Shown: positions 26,821 to 38,830 of the stretch, one piece after another
How the letters are laid out: each line of letters starts with the position of its first letter
How positions within the stretch are numbered: the first letter of the stretch is position 1
Notes under the pieces: model-generated
The model's input: only the letters and a program-made list of their open reading frames with translations
Database searches by the model: none
Told to the model about the DNA's origin: nothing
Position numbers and translations under genes: made by a program
Assembly: GCF_963921235.1 (NCBI RefSeq)
Contig: NC_086097.1
Span: forward strand, 144,338,001-144,402,000
DNA length: 64,000 nucleotides
Direction: 5' to 3'
From: Mobula hypostoma
Lineage: Eukaryota

Positions 26821-28300
26821 AGTATAATTAATTTGCTGATTTCCATGGGAATTATCCTTTAGCTGTTTGGCCTGGACAAGCTTTGGATTTTCATGATGTT
26901 GCTTGCTGTTTTTTTTAAATTGAATGAACAATATAAAAATGTTTTGAAGTGGAATGTCAAAGATCATTGACTTTAGTTAAGGGTAGCCAGGACTTCTTAA
27001 AGGAAGAGTATTCTCTAATTATATGACAACTGGTGAGTTAACAAGATTTTAGATAGTGGTTGGAGGAGGTCGATAGGTCAACTAGTGCCTATAACGTCAC
27101 ATTGGAAATCTTGGTCTGGTAACTTGATTGGGAGGAGAATACTACTACTCAAGAACCCTCAGGAAATACCTTTGCTGCCGGTAGAAAGAATTTGTAATGA
27201 AATCTAATTATTGATGCCAAGAACTTACAAACGTTTGTAGTTCCCAGTACATCACTGCAACTTGGAAAAAAAAAAGATTTTGATCTTGTCTGAGTGGTAA
27301 CAATACGTACCTTACTCTCTTACTCAAAATATCCTTCTGTTCACAGGGTTAAAGCGATTATGATAAGGATCACAAAACTTCTATTGCATTGAGGAATAAC
27401 AGGAATGATACAGGTGAAGTGGGGATATTTTGCTCTATTGGAGCTTTGACTGATGGTCAATAAAGTATCAATCTTTTTGTTCCTCTTGTTGCCACCCAGT
27501 AAATACATTTCCTTCATGACTGTAGCTGTCATACAAACACAACATTAAATTGAAAGAGTGAAAAACCAATTTAAAAGGCTTTTGATGTCATTTTCCAGTA
27601 AGTTGCCTGGAACCTAATGTCTAGTTATACCATAGTTAGCACAAGTAGTTATATAGTTGGTGTAAAATTAATTATTGTAGACTGCTGCCAGGGTGGCAGC
27701 CACCATACAGAGAACAGAACCTCCTTCTGTTGACAAAGATACATGGAGATGTGGCTGAAACCCTTGGAGAAGTTTAGGTGAAATCTAGCACTTTCTTAGC
27801 ATCATTGCTTTTTGAGTATATTAGGATGTCCTGGAAAGGACATAAACAATACTTTTTAAATACATTTATTATTTTATTTAAGAAGTGTGTCACAGGTCAG
27901 TTGTTCCATACCAAAAGCAAGCCATGTGGCAAGTTTATTTGTTAAGGGCTATAATTGTAAAGCAGATAAAATTGCTTGCTGCAACACCAGACCAAGTCAC
28001 ACGGAAGTGTTATGTGCATTTCTGGACCCAATGTTACAAGACTCTTGAGAGAGGGAAAAGGGTAAATAAGGCTTCAGAAGCATGGTATTAGATCTACAAG
28101 TTTGTATGAAAACATAAACATGGGAATCTTTTACATCTTTAAAAGTGAGGACTGAGGAGTAAACCATTTGAAGATATTGAAATTGATCAATTTTAATAAA
28201 TAAAACATGTAGCTCTATCTGAGCACAGTTTAATAGTACAAAATCTTCTCAGTATCTGGAATCTTCAGTTAGAAATCAGCCTAGGCACACATTTAACCAG

Positions 28301-28774
28301 AGTAACACACGCAAAATACTGGAGAAACTCAGCAGGTCAGGCAACATCTATGGAGAAAAATAAAGAGTCATATCCTTACCCATTCTCATCTCCTCATCTG
28401 CCTAATACCCTGCTCTGGTGTCACTCCTCTTTCCCTTTCTATCATGATCCACTCTCCTCTCCTGTCAGATTCCTTCTTCAGCCCCTTACCTTTTCCACCT
28501 GTCACCTCCTACCTTCTCACTTCAACCCCTCCTCCCCACCCACCTACCTTCCCCCTTACCTGGCTTTATTACCATCTACCAACTTGTACTCCTTTCCCTA
28601 CCCCCACCTTCTTATTCTGGTTTCCTTCCTCTTCCTTTCCAGTCCTAATGAAGGATCTTGGCCCAAAACATTGACTCCTTATTCCTCTCCATTGATGTTA
28701 CCTGGCTTGCTGAATTACTTCAGCATTGCACGTGTTACTCTGGATTTCCAACGTCTGCAGAATGTCTTGTGTTT
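28301..28774 (+). mobile_element. Penelope-like pLTR with inverted 5' segment
   Basis: 28301-28370 is the reverse complement of the 3' pLTR; flanked by ACACATTTAACCAG / ACACAGTTAACCAG (28287-28300, 28775-28788). Confidence 0.8.
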
Positions 28775-30687
28775 ACACAGTTAACCAGCAAGCTCAAAAG
28801 AGCAAATTGAAAACTACTGTAGTTCCTCAGCACTGACAAGAATGACTTACAACATATATGGAGTAGTTTGCATTGCACTTCAAATCAGGAAGATGAAAAG
28901 CCAGGAACAGAGGGAGGGTAACTGAAATTGGTTTAGAAGTGGGTGACATATGGGGCTTGGATGTTGTCAACGTAGCAGAGATAATGCAGCCGAAAGGTCG
29001 AGGCAGACAAGGGATACGGTGCTGGAGAGGATGTCAGGTATAGATGATGTAGGGTACTAAAATATATGATTCAAATTTGCAATGCATGTGCATGCGCGCC
29101 ACATAATTAGAATTGAACAAGTTGCACATGATCTAGCAGCTCTTCTTGTCTCTTCATGTTTCACTGTATATTCTGCAATGCTCTGGTTTGATGTGAGGAA
29201 TGCATGTTCACAAATCATACATTAGCAATATTAGCTGATCTACAAAAATATGCAAATTCTTTGAATCTGTTGATGAGAGTGAATAGATATTTCATGGGGG
29301 GAGTCTGGAAGCATTTGACATCTTGCATTAAGTTCAGCCATGCAGTTTGGTGTAATTCCATTGCAAACATTGTGTTCAGGGAAACATTAATAATCAGATA
29401 AGATGCCCAGGAAAATAGTAACTGAACACATAATGGAGACACAAAAGATTCTGAAGATGCTAAAAATCTTCAGCAAATGAAAGGTCTTGTCCCAAACCAT
29501 CGGCTGTTTATTTCCCTCCATAAATGCTACTGGACCTGCTGAGTTCCTAAAGCAGTTTGTGTGTGTTATTTAATACTGGATACTACTTTAACAAAAACCA
29601 CATTGTATGAAGGGATTAAGAAATAAATATAATGGCTGCTTCAACGCAAGGTGTTGGAGGGTTGATACATTAATCTTTCACTTCACATGTGGAATGCATA
29701 ACAGTGGAGAGATGATGTTGTATGTTTGCATTGGGCTATTGAAGCATCAGAAAGCTAACTGGAATAAAAATACTGTAGAAAATATTGGGAATGCTTGTTG
29801 GGTCAGGCAACATCTGTGGAAAGAGAGATACTTAATATTTCAGCTATGGGATCTTTGGTCAAAACTGAGAAAAATAGTTAATTTACACTGGCGGATGAAG
29901 CCAGGAAGGATGGTTAGAACAAAGGGACTATCTCTGAAAGGAGGAGCTGAAACAAGTTAATGAGGGCATTCACAAGCATATGGTACTTCACTGTGAGTGT
30001 ATTTTATTGTCAGCTTTCCCTGCAAGGTAGACCATATGGATAGGTTGGGAAAAACTGATCCTAATAACCCCTACCATTTGGACACACTAAATTAAAAAAA
30101 AAGGGATTTATACGCAATGTAGGCAGGAGCCAAAGTTTTTACCAATCCACATCTTTCACATGCTTATTCCAATAGATTGTGGATTATGTGACTGAGAAAT
30201 ATTTGGTATAAGGGTCTTGTTCTAGAAATTATGTTATAGTGTGAAATCATCAAGATCTTCCAAACTATCAGGACAAGGTACAACAAGGAATAGGTGGACA
30301 GGGGCATTTCTTGAATATTAAAAGACATGTTCAAGCAACAACATAAACACAACTTAAAGCCCAAAAGAAGCACGTGTTCATCCATACAGAAAGAAATAGC
30401 TTATCTTGAGATAGAAGTAGGTGCAAATAGATTACAACCAAACAGTGGAAAAATGGAAGCAATTGTGATGTCAAGGAAATCTGTAAGTACCGCAGAGCTC
30501 AATTCATTCTTAAGCAGGGTATTGCACTATGTGAGATGTCCTGGAACTTGAACCTGTTCTGCCTGCACTATATTAGCTGGAATGAAAGACAAAATTAGTA
30601 CTGGGGCAAAAAATTGCCAGTTAATTAATTTATTTAAGAAGAGCCTGACAGTTGAGTTTTTGTTGGTACACTTTGATAAAGTACATA

Positions 30688-31376
30688 TAGTGGATTCAAT
30701 TAATTGGGTGATTGGTTAATCAGGGCAGCCAATTATTAGAGACCCCTCTTAAAGAACAAAACTTAATTGAGAAAATTGCCCGGATTCCCTTTGTTTATTT
30801 GGCACACTGTGCCAGTTAGTTGGGAATGCAATGAAGGCAGTTCATTATCTGCACTAGGTGTCTGAGCTGATATTGTTCATTTACAGTCAATCAAAAGAAC
30901 AGCAGCAATGAATTATTCTATCGACAACTATTAGAAGCTAATACTGGAACTGAGCCAGCCAGTGGCGTAGTGGCATCCACACCGGACTTTGAGGTGAGAG
31001 GTCCCAGGTTCGAATCCGGCCGGCTCCTTGCACGCTTTCCATCTGTGCTGAGATGAGTGCTGAGCTAGGCAACTCAACCTTGTAAAACAAAAACAGACAA
31101 GTGCTAAAGAGATGGCCTGGTTGCCAGCCAATGTGCCACAAAACACATAGTGGAACAACAACAACTCCGCAGTTTTATAACACTGTGATAGTAATGACCG
31201 TGCTCTAATTTGTTCTGTGTTTCATTTAAATGCACAATTTGTTACCCAGATAAATGATAGTTTGTCTCTGTTATGCCTTTCAACTATTTCCATAAAACTT
31301 TGGCTAATTGGGCTTGCGTCTTAATTGGGCCAAGATGTACTGGTTCTGATGTGTCCCAATTAACCACAGTCCACCG
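30688..31376. mobile_element. Tigger/pogo-like non-autonomous element
   Basis: TA-flanked TIRs TAGTGGATTCAATTAATTGGG / CCCAATTAACCACAGTCCACCG; homologous in inverted orientation to 60966-61744. Confidence 0.75.
30952..31165 (+). mobile_element. tRNA-derived SINE with (AAC)n tail
   Basis: A-box TGGCGTAGTGG (30963), B-box GGTTCGAATCC (31007), closing stem GAGCCAGCC/GGCCGGCTC, non-tRNA body, AACAACAAC tail. Confidence 0.8.
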
Positions 31377-31574
31377 TATATTCATACTTGTGTGAGACAC
31401 TTCACGTTATGGATCAGGAGCTGTTATCTATCCTACAATGAAGGGTACTCAACATAGAGGATGGAACAATATAACACAGGAACATGTTCATCAGCCACAA
31501 TGTAGCAATAAACTATTTAAACTAGTCACTAGTAGCTAAATGTCACTTTTGGGGTGCCATCAAAAAAGGTGACT

Positions 31575-31748
31575 CCTATGACAGATTAGGAAAGAGGTAC
31601 AAAAGTCAGAAGGCACACAATCAATGACTCAGGAACAACTTCTTCCCCTCTGCCATCTGATTTCTGAATGGACAATGAACCCATGAACACTACCTCAGTA
31701 CTTTCTTATTTCTGTTTTTGCACTACTTATTTAATTCAACTATTTTTT

Positions 31749-31788
<40 letters not shown>

Positions 31789-31920
31789 GCTATAATTCAG
31801 TTTTGTTTTCTATATTATCATGTATTGCATTGTACCGTTGCTGCAAAGTTAACAAGTTTCACGATGTATGCCGAAGCTATTAAACCTGATTCTAATTCTG
31901 ATTCACGTTCTGATTCTGAA
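31575..31920 (+). mobile_element. Rex/Babar-type LINE 3' end
   Basis: GGAAAGAGGTACAAAAGTC...CTCAGGAACAACTTCTTCCCCTCTGCCATC (RNNFFPSAI); tail (TTCTGA)n. Confidence 0.75.
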
Positions 31921-31946
31921 CTGAACTAATCCCTTCTGCCTACACA

Positions 31947-32861
31947 CAGTTCTGTACAAAAGCACATATATGTAGTGAGGGTGCCTAAGACTTTTGCACA
32001 GTACTGTACTTGTTAATGTGGAGCGGAGTGCAAATTTGTAAATCCGGCAGGAGCAAAGGATGTTGGGAATGGTGAGGCTGGAGTGCCACGGAGGGGCGTA
32101 GGACAGGTGCAGAGAAGGAATGCCAGAGGATGAGGGGTGGTTGGGTGCAGACACACCCAGCCTTGAGACTCAAGCCTAGGTCAGTGGATTCCAAATTATT
32201 GATCATTACAGAATGTCTCTCTGGTGCTTCCTCCTCCCTTCCCTCACTCTTTCCTTTTCCCAACCATGATTCCCCACTCCCTGTCCCCTTCTATTCTCTG
32301 TCCACAACAGAGCCATAAGACCATACATCATAGGAGCAGAATTAGGCTGTTTGGCCCATCGAGTCTGCTCCGCCATTCAATCATGACTGATCCTTTTTTT
32401 CCCTCCTCAGCCCCACTCCCTGGCTTTCTCCCTTTAACCCTTGATGCCGTGTCCAATCAAAAACCTATCAAGCTCTACCTTAAATACACCCGACGACCTG
32501 GCCTCCACAACTGCCTGTGGTAACAAATTCCACAAATTGACCATATATCAGATTCAGGTTTATCAGGACTCACATATGTTATGAAGTTTGTGTTTTTTTT
32601 TGTGGCAGCAGTACAGTGAAATACATAAAATTACTCCAGTATGGTGCAAAGGTCTTAGGTGCCCTAACTACAGTATATATACAGTACTCCACAACCTCCT
32701 GCCCTGGCACTCTTTCTCTGCCACCTGTCCCATGGCACTCCACGTTCACCATTCCCAACATCCTTTGCTCCTGCCAGATTTACAAATTCACTCCATGTTG
32801 ACAAGTACTGTACTGGGCAGAAGTCACAGGCACTCTAGCTATATATATGTGCACAGGACTG
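31947..32861. mobile_element. Composite bounded by Tc1-like TIR modules with ~170-bp inverted arms
   Basis: 31947-32130 is the reverse complement of ~32700-32861; CAGTACTGTGCAAAAGTCTTAGGCAC-like modules; interior holds a CR1 3' end (32315-32542, minus) and a Rex-type tail. Confidence 0.65.
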
Positions 32862-34254
32862 TAATTTCCATATCCCTCCATTTTCTGCACATTTATTTGT
32901 CTGTCTAAGAACCTCTTAAGTGATTCTATCATATTTGCCTCCTCTGCTACCACGAAGAACATTCCAGGCACCCAACACTCTCCGTGTAAAAGACTTGCTC
33001 CGCACATCTCCTTTGGAAAATATAATTGCATCGTATCATGAGCATTGCTAAAGAGTGAGGGAACGTACGCACAAGTTGTGAAAGTGGCATTAAAAATTGT
33101 CTTTGGAAGTAAAAGGTTTCAATAATTCCTATTGGGAAGACTATAAGTCCTTACTGGCAATTCTTTGTCCTAAGTTGGCAAAGCCAACAACAATACATTG
33201 TGCTGATGAAGGATCTCAGCCTGAAACATTGACTGTTTACCCTTTTCCATAGCCTGCTGAGTTCCTCCAGCATTTTGTGCGTGCTGCAATAATACATTAA
33301 AAGTAGAAGGATGAACACATCTCTTATCTCAAATACGGAATTGAATTTAGAAGTTCAAACCAAAATGCTACTGCAGATTCAAGGTCAAGATTACTATAGT
33401 GAAAGCAAGTGTGACATTGCTACATGACATACAGTATTTGTTTATATTTGCTTGTTTGTCTAACTGTGGGCAGCTAGAAAAGATTCTCAAACAGGCACCT
33501 TTTTGAGCACTCTTGTCTGTTCCACGTTTCTCATTGCACATTCTGCATGTCACTGCATTCGTCATTAGTAATGTAGTAATGAAGATGCTGAATACACCAT
33601 GTGCAGATGTAAAACAAGGCCTGCAGAGTTCTGACAAGTGCTAGAGAAATGGAAGGAGGGACAGGATACAGAATAGACTGAGATTATTGTCACTGGAATG
33701 TAGAAGATAATATACAGTATATAAGAGTAGCTTGGACCCAGTTCAGGTTGTACTGTGAGCCCTATGTTTATGATCAATCATATGAGCCTTTTCGTTTGTA
33801 CGAGGAATGGAGGGAGATATATTTCAGGGCAAGCAATATTCTTGAAATTGAAGGTGAAGATGTAATTATACTTGCTTAAAATACAGTGATACAACAGCAC
33901 AAGAAGCAATTTAATGATTAGAGATTGGTATCAATGAAGATGTCTTCCAAAAGCACAGAGCAGCAAAGGCAGAAGCTGCAAAACCCAGCTCAGGCGATGT
34001 GAGATTGATGGGAAAGGTTGCTAACAACGTAATCAGATCATCCACAATAGGTGTACCATTGAATTTAAGGATGTTTATAACAGAAAACAACAAATGAGGG
34101 ACTTCAGATTCCCGGAAAGCTAAGGACAGGTAAGGAGGACATTTGGCCCATCAGTCCATAACTTACCTTAAAAAAGTCTTATCCAACCTTCCAGCACTTA
34201 AACAAGGTAGCGTCAGTGCTTCATGTGGGGTAAGTAGCTTAAAACTGAGGTGCA

Positions 34255-34520
34255 TGGACATTTCTTTTCACAGGGTAGCAAATCCCTGGAATATTTTGCC
34301 CCCAGTAGTGGTAGAAGCAAGATCATTGGATATACTATATAAAAGTTGGAGATAGATAAATATTTGAAAGATCAAGGAATTCAGGGTTATAGGGAACTGG
34401 CACAGAAGAGGAGCTCCGGCTGGCATAAACTAGCCCCAATGATATGAATGGCTGTATGGGACAGACTGGAGGGGTCAGGTGGCCCAATCTTCCTATTTTC
34501 TTCTATTCCTGTGCTCTTGA
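34255..34520 (+). mobile_element. CR1 3' fragment
   Basis: TTTCACAGGGTAGCAAATCCCTGGAATATTTTGCCC (FHRVANPWNILP). Confidence 0.65.
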
Positions 34521-34559
34521 CCCATAGCCTTACATGTCACAGTTCATTCAAGTTCTTTT

Positions 34560-35470
34560 GAATTGCACTGAGATATTATTACAATACCATTGTTTGAGAA
34601 GATAAGTTTCAATCCTCTACCAACATTTTGGTGAAATTTTTCTCCTTCGCTTCCACCTTAATTGCATACCAATAAGACTATAACTCCTGTTTCAGACTCC
34701 TCTACTGAGGAAAGTAATTTTTTTTGTATTAACTCTATTTTAATCCCTCACAATATCTTACACCCTAATTAAGTCTCCCTTCAGCATTGTCTATTTTATC
34801 CTATTTCAAAGAAAATAATTCTAGGCTATTAGAGCTGTATTTTACCACACCAGGTAGTGTCCTTGTCATTTTCCTTTATATCTTTTCCGTGATAACTACA
34901 TCTGTACTTTAAAATAGTAATCAGAACTATACACTGAACTTAAATTCTCCATTAGTGATGTTTGCACACAATCTAGCATAACCTCCCTACAATCTGTATC
35001 CCTTTCCATCACCTTGCCTTCCTATCCTGCTACTAGAAGGATACAAAGAAACACACTCAGAAATGTATCTGCTCCTTCACACTTCTCAATCTCCTTCTGA
35101 ACATTTCTTAATTATAATGCATTCCCTCACCTAGCTGCATCTTCCCAAATGATATCCTTTTCCTGTTCAACTAACCACATCATCTAGATCTTCCTAAGGT
35201 GGAAGCATTCCTCCACCCCGTCAACCACATCTGTATAATCTGCAAACTTCTTCATCATGGTCTCCACATTCAAAAAGTTAGTGACTGAGTACTGAGCCCA
35301 ATGGCAACAGCCTTTCAAATATTAAAAAAAAACATCAATCATTGTCTTCTGCCCCATTCCTTTGGATTACATGCACTTTTAATTTTTTGACCAGTTTGCC
35401 ACATGGGAATTTGTCAACAATTACTGCAAACCCTGCAAACCATATCCGAGCCTTTGTCCTCATCATCTTC
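34560..35470 (-). mobile_element. Old CR1 RT fragment
   Basis: Minus strand reads KFADYT (~35235) and VDKFPCGKLVKKLKVHVIQRNGA. Confidence 0.6.
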
Positions 35471-36349
35471 TTGAACAATATTGAAAATGATGAGCAGTGT
35501 GAAAAGCAAAGTTCTGACAGCTCAGATGCCATGGATGATATAAATAAAAGATACAGCAATTCCAAACTTGATGTGGAAATTAATAAAACAATATGAGCAT
35601 GAATATAGTTGCTGACTATTCTTTCCTCAGAAGTAGATTTATCAAGACATTCAGTTCAAAAACAATAACAAAAAATGTACCAAATCTGAAGACAAATTCT
35701 AGTGAAACACTGAAGACTGTAGATCAGATGCAAGATGAAGTCGCTCAGTCCAGTTGAAAATGAAGCTTCTAATCACAGTAAGGAAGCATTGGCTCAAGGA
35801 ACTAAAAGTGGATTTTAATGGTTGGGTTGAGTTGTTCTCGGATTTTGGCAATTCATTTGCAAGCATTTTATCACCATACGAGAAGACAGTAGATTTTAAG
35901 AATGGATTCATTAGGAGCACCTTGCAACTCCATCTGGATAAACTTCTGGAGCAAGTACAGATACGGTAAGATATCCATGTACAACATTAAGGAGCACAAA
36001 GGTCACATTCACTGAGGACGCAAAGATAGGGGTGAAGGAGACAGGGAGGCTGCCAAACATATAGATCGGCTAACTTATAAATAAAGATTGAAGGATATTC
36101 TGAGAAAGTGTCTCTTTCGGCAGCAAAGAGCACTGAAAAATAACATAATACTTAAATGACTGAGTTTGCAGAACTCTGAGTAACAGCAAAAATAGCACAG
36201 AAGTTTGTAATCAGGAAACTAAATGCTTAGGAAAGCAAATAGAATATTATATTTATTTGTGGGAGAATTAGAAACACAAAAGTATGGAAGTTTTAGTTAT
36301 GTATGGGCATTGGTCTGATCGTATCTGGAACCAGGGCTGTAAGACAAGG

Positions 36350-38830
36350 TGTACTTCATTCAAGGAACCTGCAGATGGCAGTGTTCCAAGTCCTCCATGA
36401 CTTTGTTTTCCCTGACAGTGGAGTCCATGGATTTGGGGAAATTCTGGCTGAATAAATGAGGTAACTAACTGCAGTGCTTTATGTATAATGGCACACCCCA
36501 CAGCCAGCGTGTCACTGGTGGTGCAGGGGGACGGATTTTTAAGATGGCAGTCAGTTGGGCTGCTTGTCTTGAACAATGTTGAACTGCACTCATGTGTGAT
36601 GTGCCTAGCTTGTACTTTGTAGATGATGGAAAGCTTTTGGGGTGACAGCAGATGTCACTTGCTTCAGGATACCTAACCTCTGTTCTTTTCTTATTGTCAC
36701 AGTACTTATATGGCTGTTCTTGCTAAATTTTTAAAAATCCATTCTAACCTCTAATATGTTGATGGTGGGAAAACAGCAATGGTAATGTTACCAAATGTTA
36801 AGGGTCACTCCATTGAAGTTTTGTTGTTAGAGATTGTCATTGCCTGGCAAGTTTGCAATACAAGTGTCACTTCTACTCACCTGTTCATCAGTGAATGTTA
36901 CTTGGGTTCATGCGAGCACGTACTATTTCATTTGCTGGGGAGTGGCAAATAGAATTCCCTATTGTAGAACCATCAGTGAACATCCCCATTTCTAACCTTA
37001 GTAATGAAGGAAGATCATTGAAACAACCGGCGATGGTTAGGCTTAGGACACTGTCTTGCAGTGACATCCTAGGGCTGAAGGCTTGTTTTCTAAAAATCAC
37101 AATCGGCTTCTTTTGTGAAAACTATGACTCCACTTCAATCAGCCAACTACTAATAAAATCCAAAACTGGGCATATGTGAGTGGATCATTGTTGAGAGAAT
37201 CTTTCAATTGCATTGTCAAAGACACCTTCCATCACAATGTGGTAACTGAGAGTATTGCGATTGCAGTCAGAATGAACTTGTCCTGTTTTTCCCGAGTATG
37301 ACATGCCTGGGCAATTTTCCTTGTCATTAGCTAGATGCAACTGTACTGGGTAAGAATAAGTCCGGGATTTCACATATTTTTTATTCAACAGGCAAGCCCC
37401 ATGTTATGGCCATTCATATAACGGAAATTTATTCTTACTGAATTCACATAAAATACAGAATAAAACTCGCTCTCACGGAATTTATGTGAAGTAGATAAAT
37501 AAACACAAAATCTACTTTTTATCCAACTCTTATTTTTGAGCACATGCAGATGATGTGCTATTGTTTTATGGAAAATTGCCATACTTTCCAGTGCCAAAAT
37601 AACATGCCCACAACTCACGAGCCCTCTCTGTATGCTTTTGGAATGCGGGTGGAAAACGAAGCACCTAGTGGAACTCCACACCGTCATGTTCAGCAAAAGG
37701 TGTTCGCTGGCACTATAAAGTGATCGTGTTATTCACTACGCTACCGTGCCACTTGGTGGTAAATATCACTTGTGGGAGATGCTTGAGTTGGCTTTGGTTA
37801 ATAAATGTAATGCATTTTGTAGATGGTACACACTGCCACCACCACACGCTGGTGATGTAGGGAATGAACACTTTGCCTGGTGAACCAGTAACAATTAAAC
37901 TTTACCTTGGATGGTGCCGCACTTCTTCAGAGTGGTTGGAACTGCATTCATTGAAGCATGCAGAAATTATTTGAGTGCATGCTTGACTTGTGCTTTGTAG
38001 TGGTGAAAAGTTCCTTGGTGTAAGTTGGTGAGTCACTTATGCAGGATTCCTGGGGCTTTTGACCCAATTTTGTAGCCTGTGTTTCTTTGGCTAGTTCTGT
38101 TGAGAGGTTGGTGAGGTGTCCCCCAAGATCTGGATAATGCAGGGCTCAGGGATGATAATACATTTGAACATTAAGAGCAGGTGCTTAGATTTTATGTTTT
38201 TCGCATGGCACTCAACATATTTGGGCCTAGGACAATGCCCTAAGGAACTCCTGCAGTGATGTCCTTGAGCTGGGTTATAGACCTCCAAAAATACAGCCAC
38301 CATCCATTTGCTCAAGGTTGGACTTCAGCCACTGAGGTGCTTTACTCATAAAGCCATTGACTTCCGTTTTGCCTGGATGCTTTGTTGTCACATCCAGTCA
38401 AAGGTTACCTTGACGTCAGTGGCAGTCAGTCTCAGCACACCTCTTGAACTTCATATTTGCCAAATGCTGGGATGAAGTTTGAAGCTGAGTGGTCCTTGTG
38501 AAACCCAAACTGGGCACCGTTGAATGAGTTATTGATGAGTGAATGCCACTGCCAGAGATATAGATGACAGCTTCCACCACATAGCTGGTGATTGAAAGCA
38601 GAATGATATGGCTGGATTTACTCCTTGTGAAAACAGGCTAAACCTAGACAATTTCTGGCATTGTTAGGTAGATACCATTTTAACCTGCTCTGTAAAAGGT
38701 TCACGCAAGGTACAGCTTGTTATGGAGTGCAGATTTTCAAGACTGCATCTGGGTTGATGTCTGGTCCAGAGCACTCAGTTATTTCATGATACCATGTTGA
38801 CTGAAGTAAATTGCTGAAGACTAGCTTCTA
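36350..38830 (-). mobile_element. Decayed CR1/L2-type LINE RT fragments (at least two pieces, V-SINE remnant at ~37610-37750)
   Basis: FNDLPSLLRLEMGMFTDGST (cf. NDLPS...MFADD) in ORF 36888-37100; DITAGVP*GIVLGP on the minus strand near 38225-38265. Confidence 0.6.

Larger units (their letters stand above)
30050..33950 (+). mobile_element. Gypsy/Ty3 pol remnant (RT, RNase H), fragmented by later insertions
   Basis: AGAKVFTNPHLSHAY (~30122); HNLKPKRSTC...EIAYL...GKMEAIV...ELNSFLSRVLHY (30348-30530); LLVHFDK then FILV*DTSRYGSGAVI (30660/31381); LKSEGTYAQVVKVALKIVFGSKRFQ*FLLGR (33047); IEFRSSNQNATADSRSRL (33340). Confidence 0.8.

Noticed and set aside
30952..31026. tRNA gene
   Set aside because: The anticodon arm does not pair properly, and the sequence continues into a SINE body and (AAC)n tail inside a transposon
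35480..35990. Possible Gypsy integrase continuation
   Set aside because: Only faint resemblance (VADYSF...); no HHCC or DDE motif can be read
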